From an uncultured Chloroflexia bacterium (lineage in GTDB: Bacteria; Chloroflexota; Limnocylindria; Limnocylindrales; CSP1-4), in assembly GCA_963789725.1 (NCBI GenBank), contig CAWBLU010000003.1, positions 387,170-451,169 on the forward strand: a stretch of DNA of 64,000 nucleotides, given 5' to 3'. The position numbers were made by a program, and so were the translations under genes. This document shows, one piece after another, positions 1 through 7,900 of the stretch. The stretch's first letter is position 1. The number at the start of each line of letters is the position of its first letter. Under the pieces are notes generated by a model, which was not told the DNA's origin, did no database searches, and worked only from the letters and a program-made list of their open reading frames with translations.

Positions 1-164
1 CGTCCGTTCCATCAGCCTCCCTCAGGACCCGCGACATCTGCGCCGATCCTTGCCTCTATTCGTATCGATGCTCGCCGAGGGCCCCGGGTTGCATCGAATT
101 CCGGTGGCGGACCGTGGCGGCCAGGCTCGGGCCCCCACGCCCGCCGAGACGCCATACTTTCCGC

Positions 165-1187
165 ATGCCCGACCACATCGTCCCGCTCGAACGATTCCAC
201 GACGCGCGCCGCGTCCTCGACGGGCGCATCGATCGCACGCCCATTCTGTCGTCATCGACCGCGGCGCGCGTCCTCGCGGCGCACCGTATCCGCGTGGCCG
301 GCGGCGCCGTCTACGCCAAGGCCGAGCATCTCCAGAAGACGGGCGCGTTCAAGATCCGCGGCGCGCTCAACAAGATCGGCTCGCTGACGGCCCAGGAGCG
401 AGCGGCCGGAGTGATCACCCTTTCCGCCGGCAACCACGCCCAGGGAGTGGCGCTCGCCGCCCGCGAAGCCGGAGTCCATGCCGTGGTCCTGATGCCCGCC
501 GGCGCCGTCCAATCCAAGGTGGAAGCGTGCCTCGGCTACGGGGCCGAGGTGATCCAGTTCGGCCGCGATCTGGGCGAGATGTGGGGCCGGATGGAAGAAA
601 TCCAGGCAGAACGCGGCCTGGTGTTCGTGCCGCCGTTCGACGACCCGTGGATCCTGGCTGGGCAGGGGACCGTCGGCCTCGAGATCCTCGACGACCTGCC
701 CGACGTGGACGTGGTCGTGGCCGGGATCGGCGGCGGGGCATTGTGCTCGGGCAGCGCCGCGGCGATAAAGGAGACCCGGCCCGGCGTGCGCGTCTACGGC
801 GTGGAGCCGGTCACCTCCAACTCCATGTCGCTGGCCATAGAGCGCGGGGCTCCCGTGCCGATCACGCCGGTCTCCCTCGCGGACGGGCTCAACTCGCCGT
901 TTGCCGGGGAGTGGACTCTTGCGATGACGCAGCGCTACGTGGACGGGATCCTCCTGCTCGACGATGCCACGATCCTGGCCGGCGTGCGCTTCGCGCTGGA
1001 ACGTATGAAGCAGCTGGTGGAGCCGGCCGGGGCTGCGGCCCTGGCGGCGGTGCTGTTCGGCCGCGTCCCTATCCGCGACGGCGAGCGCGTGTGCGTGGTC
1101 TTCAGCGGCGGGAACGTCGATCCCGCACGGTTGGGCGAATTGCTGGCGGGCGCGGCGCCACTCGAGGTGCCGGCGGCGGCGGGGTAG
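165..1187 (+). CDS. PLP-dependent threonine/serine dehydratase (threonine ammonia-lyase family)
   Basis: Translation has the motif GAFKIRGALNKI with SAGNHAQGVALAA, the hallmark of the fold-type II PLP threonine dehydratase family. ATG at 165 (MPDHIV...) is in frame with the ORF that starts at 114. Confidence 0.8.
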   Translation: MPDHIVPLERFHDARRVLDGRIDRTPILSSSTAARVLAAHRIRVAGGAVYAKAEHLQKTGAFKIRGALNKIGSLTAQERAAGVITLSAGNHAQGVALAAREAGVHAVVLMPAGAVQSKVEACLGYGAEVIQFGRDLGEMWGRMEEIQAERGLVFVPPFDDPWILAGQGTVGLEILDDLPDVDVVVAGIGGGALCSGSAAAIKETRPGVRVYGVEPVTSNSMSLAIERGAPVPITPVSLADGLNSPFAGEWTLAMTQRYVDGILLLDDATILAGVRFALERMKQLVEPAGAAALAAVLFGRVPIRDGERVCVVFSGGNVDPARLGELLAGAAPLEVPAAAG

Positions 1188-1470
1188 CGGGTCGGGTCGC
1201 CGGTACGGGGTGTGGCGTCGCCGGCAAGCTGGCCACCTACGAATCCGGGTAGTGGTCGGACGACTCGGACGCCGCTGCGGTAATCCGCGAGATGCCGCCG
1301 GCCCCGAGTTCGCGGCCGCTGCGACCGATCGCTACCGAACTCACGCTCGGCGCGAGGTGGCTGTGCCGCCCAGGATGCCGTCCCGACAATTCGGGCGCTC
1401 TCGGGGCTTGGCCCGGCACTCCGGGGATTTGTGGATGCCAAGTTCCGCCGGGTCGGTTCGCCGCGGCGCG

Positions 1471-1878
1471 TCAGTCCACGCCGAGGTCGTGGAGCCGCGA
1501 GTCATCGATGCCCAGGTGGTGGGCCAGTTCGTGCACGACCGTGACCCAGACCTCGTGCTGGAGCTCGACAGGATCGGGGAAGTCCTCCACCAGGGCCGTC
1601 TGGAAGAGCGTGATCTTGTTCGGCAGGAAGGCCCAGTCGGCGGCGTACTCGGTCCGAGGAATGCCCTCGTAGAGGCCGTACAGCCCTTCATCGGGGCGTA
1701 ATCCGGCCTCCCGGCGCTGCTGGCGGGACGGTTCGTCGTCGATGACGATGGCGACCTCGTCGAGGGCTCGGGCGAACGGTTCAGGGATGGTGCTCAGGGC
1801 GCGCTGGACCAGTTCCTCGAAGCCCGCGGCCCGGCGGCTCGCGCGTCGGCGGGCGCTGCCTCTTGCTCGTTTGACCAT
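1471..1878 (-). CDS. zincin-like metallopeptidase-family protein (HExxH, DUF1025-like)
   Basis: 135-aa product with GLYGLYEGIP and HELAHHLGIDD (HExxH) motifs, as in the small 'metallopeptidase family protein' group. Confidence 0.65.
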   Translation of the reverse strand: MVKRARGSARRRASRRAAGFEELVQRALSTIPEPFARALDEVAIVIDDEPSRQQRREAGLRPDEGLYGLYEGIPRTEYAADWAFLPNKITLFQTALVEDFPDPVELQHEVWVTVVHELAHHLGIDDSRLHDLGVD

Positions 1879-1966
1879 GCTCGTATGCTACGGCCCTCGC
1901 GTGGTGCCCATGGGCCTGCGACCCCGTGCGCCCTCACGGCGTACGATTCCGGCGAAGGAGCCGACG

Positions 1967-2677
1967 ATGCCGACCGATCAACCAGTCGACCGTAGCCAGC
2001 TCGACCTGGAGGCGAACGTCCGCCAGCTGGTCGAAGAGATCGAGCATGGCGATGACGAAGACGGCGGTGCGCCCGCCGAGAAACCGGCGGCTGGAGAGGC
2101 GGCTGGGGAAGGCCATCCCGTCGAGCGGGCAGTCCGCGAGATCCTGACAGAGATCGGCGAGGACCCGGACCGAGAGGGCCTTCTGCGGACTCCGGAGCGG
2201 ATGCACAAGATGTGGCGCGAGCTGACTTGCGGCTATCACGTCGACCCCGACCGGTTGATCAACGGCGCTGTCTTCGACGTGGGATACAGCGAGATGGTCG
2301 TCATCAAAGGCATCCCGTTCTACTCGCTGTGCGAACACCACATGTTGCCGTTTTTCGGTACGGCTTCGGTCGGGTATCTGCCACGTGGCCGCGTCATCGG
2401 GCTTTCCAAGATTCCACGGATCGTCGAGATGTACGCCCGCCGCCTCCAGGTCCAGGAGCGGATGACCCAGCAGATCGCCGACTTTCTCCAGTCGCGCCTG
2501 AACCCTTACGGCTCGGGCGTAGTCATAGAAGCGGAGCACCTGTGCCTGGCCATGCGAGGAGTGGAGAAAGGCGGTGCCACGATGGTTACGAGCAGCGTTC
2601 TGGGCACCTTCCGGACGTCCAGGGAAACGCGCGACGAGTTCATGTCGCACTTGCAGCGCGCGACGCCGAGGGCCTGA
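1967..2677 (+). CDS. folE: GTP cyclohydrolase I
   Basis: GIPFYSLCEHHMLPFFG and GLSKIPRIVEMYARRLQVQERMT motifs. ATG at 1967 is preceded by AAGGAG; the longer ORF from 1742 overlaps the convergent metallopeptidase gene. Confidence 0.88.
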   Translation: MPTDQPVDRSQLDLEANVRQLVEEIEHGDDEDGGAPAEKPAAGEAAGEGHPVERAVREILTEIGEDPDREGLLRTPERMHKMWRELTCGYHVDPDRLINGAVFDVGYSEMVVIKGIPFYSLCEHHMLPFFGTASVGYLPRGRVIGLSKIPRIVEMYARRLQVQERMTQQIADFLQSRLNPYGSGVVIEAEHLCLAMRGVEKGGATMVTSSVLGTFRTSRETRDEFMSHLQRATPRA

Positions 2678-2744
2678 AGGGTGCGGTGCCACCGGTCGAG
2701 GTCTGATTCAGACCAATGGTGGACGCAGGCGAAAGGGGCGCGAA

Positions 2745-2987
2745 ATGATCATCGACCCCGATATGGTCAACCCGCACGACGAGCCGTGCCTCGCCTGCGG
2801 CGAGGAGACGGCCGTGGGGAGCGTGTTCTACTCCGACCGGAGTCCGGCCGTGCTTCCCGATGGAGCATCCGGATTCCTGTGCTCCGGGTGCGTCGAGCGA
2901 ATCCGTGCGAAGGGGCACCACGTTGAGGAGACTTCGGCGCGCGGCGTCGAAGGCTCGGTCATCGTCCTGGCCCAGGGCTGGTTCTAG
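2745..2987 (+). CDS. small Cys4 zinc-ribbon protein, paralog 1
   Basis: 80 aa with CLACGEETAVGSVFYSDR ... CSGC (two CxxC pairs). Shares its motif with the next gene. Confidence 0.5.
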   Translation: MIIDPDMVNPHDEPCLACGEETAVGSVFYSDRSPAVLPDGASGFLCSGCVERIRAKGHHVEETSARGVEGSVIVLAQGWF

Positions 2988-3053
2988 ACGTTCCGTTCTC
3001 GTGATGGTCACAGTGAGCAGCATTGGGCCCGAGCAGCGCGCGGGGAGCGCGAG

Positions 3054-3308
3054 ATGAATTCGGAGACCGAGTCGATCAACAAACACGAACAGCCATGCGC
3101 ATCGTGCGGTGAGGAGACCGCCATCGGTAGCGTCTTCTTCTCGGATCGGTTCGAGGGGACATCGCCGGCCGGACAGCGGTTCTTCGTGTGCTCGGAGTGC
3201 CGCAGACCCGCTCGACAGCACGTCGGCGGGGTGGACATGAGCGACCCCGACGTCTACTGGTCGATGGTGGCGGCCGCCCAGTTCACATTCAGGGACTCCT
3301 GTTTCTGA
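3054..3308 (+). CDS. small Cys4 zinc-ribbon protein, paralog 2
   Basis: 84 aa with [18 protein letters not shown] ... CSEC. Clear protein-level and DNA-level similarity to 2745-2987. Confidence 0.5.
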   Translation: MNSETESINKHEQPCASCGEETAIGSVFFSDRFEGTSPAGQRFFVCSECRRPARQHVGGVDMSDPDVYWSMVAAAQFTFRDSCF

Positions 3309-3460
3309 TTGACCGCGGGCAGAACGCCGACGGGCAAGTCACCCACGCGAGCGCAATCTCGCCCATCGGCACCGCGTCAGTGGGCTACCTGCCGTACGGC
3401 GATGGGCCGCCTGCGGGCACTCCGTCGGCCGCGACGGCCGTCGGCCGCTATCATCCGCGC

Positions 3461-3865
3461 ATGACTGATCGACCGCTCAAAGTCCTCATCGCCAAGCCCG
3501 GGCTCGATGGGCACGATCGCGGAGCGAAGGTGCTCGCCCGCGGCCTGCGCGACGAAGGCTTCGAAGTCGTCTATACGGGACTGCGCCAGACGCCCGAGAT
3601 GATCGTGACCGCCGCTCTCCAGGAGGACGTCGACGTCGTTGGGCTGTCGATCCTGTCCGGCGCGCACATGACCCTTGTGCCTCGCATCTGCGCGCTGCTG
3701 CGGGACCGGGGCATGACCGACGTGCTCGTCACTGCCGGCGGGATAATCCCCGACGACGACGTGCCGGCCCTCAAGGAGGGTGGCGTGGCCGCGGTTTTCG
3801 GTCCCGGTACGACAATCGCCGAAGTGGCCGATTTTTTGCGCGCCAACGCCAGGCCGCGAGACTAG
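3461..3865 (+). CDS. methylmalonyl-CoA mutase-type B12-binding domain protein (stand-alone small subunit)
   Basis: 134 aa with [18 protein letters not shown]...GLSILSGAH...[11 protein letters not shown], the B12-binding Rossmann module of acyl-CoA mutases. Confidence 0.8.
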   Translation: MTDRPLKVLIAKPGLDGHDRGAKVLARGLRDEGFEVVYTGLRQTPEMIVTAALQEDVDVVGLSILSGAHMTLVPRICALLRDRGMTDVLVTAGGIIPDDDVPALKEGGVAAVFGPGTTIAEVADFLRANARPRD

Positions 3866-3875
3866 CGCGACCCGC

Positions 3876-4937
3876 GTGGCCAGGGCCTACCCCTCCGCCA
3901 TCGACCGGCCCGCGATTGCGGAGCGAGCCCGGTCCCTGTGCGACGCCGCCCTGGCGGGCGATCGCCGGGCGCTGGCGCGGTTGCTGACCGCCGTCGAGAA
4001 CCGGACACCGGTCGCCGAGGTTGCGCTTCGGCGTCTCTATCCGCTGGCCGGCAAAGCCCAGTTGGTCGGCGTCACCGGGCCCCCGGGGGCAGGCAAGAGC
4101 ACGCTGGTGGCCGCGCTGATCGCGGAATTGCGCCGCGCCGGCCGCCCCGTAGCGGTCGTCGCGGTCGATCCGTCCAGCCCCATCACCGGCGGTGCGGTCC
4201 TGGGCGACCGCGTCCGGATGCAGGCCTACGCCGCCGACGACGGTGTCTTCATTCGTTCGATGGCGTCGCGCGGCCACGCCGGCGGACTCTCGTCGGCGAC
4301 GACGGCCGCGGCCGCCGTCTTCGACGCCGCCGGCTTCGACACGATCCTGATCGAGACGGTCGGGACGGGCCAGAGTGAGGTCGAGGTAGCGGCCACGGCC
4401 GACACGACCGTCGTGGTCGAGGCTCCGGAGATGGGCGACGAAATCCAGGCGATCAAGGCCGGCCTCCTCGAGGTCGCGGACCTGATCGTCGTCAACAAGG
4501 GCGATCGGCCCGGGGCCCACCGGACCGCCGGCCAGCTCCACGCCATGCTCGCCGACGCTCCGCGCGAGGCTCGGCCGGGCCGGCCGGCGCCCAAGCACCC
4601 CGACGTGCTGGTAACGACCGCCGCGACTGGGGAGGGCGTCCCGGAGTTGCTGGCGGCGCTCGACCGCCACCGCCTCACCGCCCGCGGGTCTGAAGGAGCC
4701 GCTGCCCGGGTCGCTCGTGCCGAGGCGCAGATCTGGTCGGTGCTCTCGGACCGGCTGCACGAAAGAGCCAGATCGCTGGAGTCGGCGCCGCTGGCCGGGG
4801 CCCTGCTCGACGCCGTCGCCGCCCACGAACTCGACCCGTACGCCGCCGCGGATCGACTCCTGGCGTTGATGGCCGGCGCCGCCTCGCCGGACGCCTCGCC
4901 GCCCGCCCGAGAGCCGGAGCGCGACCAGGCCGGCTAG
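3876..4937 (+). CDS. meaB: MeaB/ArgK-family G-protein chaperone of methylmalonyl-CoA mutase
   Basis: Walker A GPPGAGKST followed by PITGGAVLGDRVRM. GTG at 3876 is the first plausible start after the upstream stop; the longer ORF from 3780 overlaps the preceding gene. Confidence 0.8.
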   Translation: MARAYPSAIDRPAIAERARSLCDAALAGDRRALARLLTAVENRTPVAEVALRRLYPLAGKAQLVGVTGPPGAGKSTLVAALIAELRRAGRPVAVVAVDPSSPITGGAVLGDRVRMQAYAADDGVFIRSMASRGHAGGLSSATTAAAAVFDAAGFDTILIETVGTGQSEVEVAATADTTVVVEAPEMGDEIQAIKAGLLEVADLIVVNKGDRPGAHRTAGQLHAMLADAPREARPGRPAPKHPDVLVTTAATGEGVPELLAALDRHRLTARGSEGAAARVARAEAQIWSVLSDRLHERARSLESAPLAGALLDAVAAHELDPYAAADRLLALMAGAASPDASPPAREPERDQAG

Positions 4938-7900
4938 GCTCCGGGCCCTCGAGACGCGGCGTCGCTCTCCGCCGCGGCCGCCAGGGCCTCGCGAACCACT
5001 CGGATGACCGCGTCGATGTCGAACGGCTTGGCCAATAGTCGAATGCCCCGTTGCGTCGCGAAGCCTCGCAGGTCCGGGTTCAGGACGTCGCCGCTCATGA
5101 ACACGGCTCGCTGTGCCAGCTCCGGTCGGTACGACACGGCCGCCTCGTAGAACTCGGTTCCGCTCATGCCGGCCATACGGTGGTCGATCAGCATCACATC
5201 GAAAATGATCTCGCGGATGCCGTCCAGCGCCTGGGCCCCATCGGCGAACGGCAAGCAGTCCATGCCGGCGGCGTTGAGCGCCTTCCTAAGGAAGGCACGG
5301 ATCGAGGGCTCGTCGTCGAGGGCCAGCACCCGAGGGCGCGGCGCGTCCCCGGTCCCCTGGTTGGCCGGGATCGGCGGCGCGGCCGCAGGTTCCGCCGGCG
5401 TGGGTTGCGCGACCGGGTCGGCCGGTCGCTCGGCCAGATGCTCCGGAACCGGGATTCCGAGGCTGTCGTCCAGCCCTCGAGCCGAGACCGGCAGCTCCAG
5501 GATGAAACTGCTGCCTGTGCCGCGGGGCCCCGGCTCGTACCAGAGAAGCCCGCCGTGCGCGGCGACGATACCGAACGAGACGGAGAGGCCCAGCCCGGTG
5601 CCCTCGCCCGGCTGCTTGGTCGTGAAGAAGGGGTCGAAAAGGCGCGCCCGAGCCGACTCCGGCACGCCCGGTCCGTCGTCTCGGATCGTGATGCGGACGC
5701 GGCCGCCATCGTCTATCGGCCTGTTCGTCCGGGCGGCCCCGCCGGACGGTCTGGTCTTGACCATGGCCGCGCTCACCCACAGGTGGCCGGGAGCCTTCCG
5801 ATCGCGTCCGCGCAGCGCCTGGATGGCGTTGATGGTCAGGTTGAGAAGCACCTGCTGCAGCTGGGCGCGGTCCAGGTCCACCTCCGGCAGGGCAGCCGCG
5901 ATATCGACGGCGACCTGGATCTGGTTGGTGTTGAGGGCATACGACTGCAGTTCCAGCACGCTCTGGACCAGGACGTTGATGCTGGTCGGTCGTCGCTCCG
6001 GCTGCCTGGCCCGGGCGAAGTCGAGCAGGTTCTGGACGATGCGCCGGGTTCGGTCGGCTTCCTGGACGAGCAGGCCGGCGTCGTGTTTCATGTCGTCCGG
6101 GAGCCGCTCGTCGCTGCGCATCAGCTGGCTGAAGGCGATGATCGCAGCCAGCGGGTTGTTGAGCTCATGAGCCACGCCCGAAACCAGCTGGCCGATGGCC
6201 TCCATCTTCTGCGCCTGCAGGAGTTCTCTCTGGAGCCGCTCCTGGTCGGATAGGTCGCGCACGAGGTGAAGGAACCGTCGCTGGCCGCCCAGCTCGACGA
6301 CGCGCACTTCGACCTCGACCGGGAACTCGGAGCCGTCCGGCCGCCGTCCCCGGTCCCGGAAGGTGCCCCTGCCCTGAGCCCAGACGATCTGGCGACGGCG
6401 GGCCATCTCCCGTTCGTCGGCCGTGACGAGCTGGCCGAAGTAGCGGCCCAGGACCTCGCCCCTGTTCATGCGGTACAGCCGGACGGCGGCCTCGTTGACG
6501 TCGAAGACCGTGCCGTCCAGGGCGGAGACAAGCAGCGCGTCGGGCGACTCCTCGAACAGGGTGCGGTATCGCTCCTCCGACGAGACCAGCCGCTCGCGGA
6601 GGCGGTAGTTGGCCAGGGCGATGCCCGCGATCCTGGCCACGGAGTCCAGGGCCGACTCGTCCAGCGACAGCATCGCCGCGGGGGATTCGAAGAAGCACAG
6701 CAGGGCGCCGGCAAGCTCCTCGCCGGTCCGAATCGGGATTGACGCGAACGATTGGAAGCCAGTGGCGCGGGCGAGAGGCAGGACACGTTCGTTCACCTGG
6801 CTGGCCACGAAGTCGCCCAGAACGCTGCTCCCGCCCGAGAGGAGCAGGCTGCCGCCGGGGGCGTCCTTCGCCGGTACGCCCTTGAGCCAGAGCCTGAATG
6901 CGCCGGTCTCCCCAGCTACCGCATGGGTCTCGAAGTGGCGGCCGGGCTCGATGAGCAAGTAGCAGACGCCTTCGGCTCCGAGGGCCTCGCGGACGAGGCT
7001 GACGGTCCGGTGGGCAAGCTCCTCGAAAGTGCTTGCCTCTTCCCCGATACGGGTCAGCTCGTCGAGGGTGTCGAGGCGATGGCCCAGGGCCCGCTGGGCG
7101 GCGGCTCGATGGAGCAGCTCCGAGCGCAGCCGGAAGTTGGCGAGCGAGATGCTGCAGACGCGAGCGATCGGCTCGAGGAAGTGGACGTCGTACTGTTCGC
7201 CGGGCTGGGATTCGGCCCACTCCAGGTGGATGACGCCCGCAAGCCGATCGTCGACCCGGAGCGGGAGCACGGCCTGCGAGAGACGAGAACCGGTCTCCGA
7301 TCCGTTGCCGGCGAGAGACGGCGATCGCCAGATGCCGTTACTCGACTGGAATTGCGACAGCGGCGGCCAGTCATCGGGCGGTTGCGACGGCTCGCCGTCC
7401 TGCGGCCATCTACCACTCTGCGGACCCACCCACGCGACCGGGTCTACCCGGGCCGACGACGGGTCGACGAGGATGTAGCCGCCAGCGATCGCCCCAGTGG
7501 CAAGAACGACGGCGTCGATGGTTTCCTGCGCGAGACGAGTCAGGTCGTCGGTCGAAGCGCCGAGCAGCGTAAGTTCCTGGAGGGCCCGCAGCTCGGCGGT
7601 AAGGCGGCGCTCATGCTCGGCCGCCTCAGCCAGGCCCTCGCTCATGCGGGCGTTGTCGTAGGCGATCGAGATTATCCGGCCCACGGCCTCGACATTTCGC
7701 GCGTCGGCCTGCGGCCGCTTCTCGGCCGACTCGTGGAAGTAGCAGATGAACGCTCCGACCAGACGGTCGCCCTCGCGGACCGGAAACGCGGCATGGCCGG
7801 TCACGCCGGACGCGATCATCCGCTCCACTCCGGGCTCGGTCCCGACGGCGTTGGCGAGAGGCTCCTGGAAGGCGCCACCGTGCTCGCTCGATTTGAGCCG

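Noticed and set aside
50-1252. 400-aa ORF overlapping the threonine dehydratase gene in another frame
   Set aside because: The Arg/Pro/Gly-rich product is typical of wrong-frame ORFs in high-GC DNA. The frame starting at 165 has clear PLP-enzyme motifs.
3309-3460. Cobalamin riboswitch upstream of the B12-binding domain gene
   Set aside because: No B12-box (GCCACUG-like) or conserved riboswitch core recognisable in the 150-nt spacer.
3771-4826. 351-aa minus-strand ORF antisense to meaB
   Set aside because: High-GC antisense artefact with no motifs.
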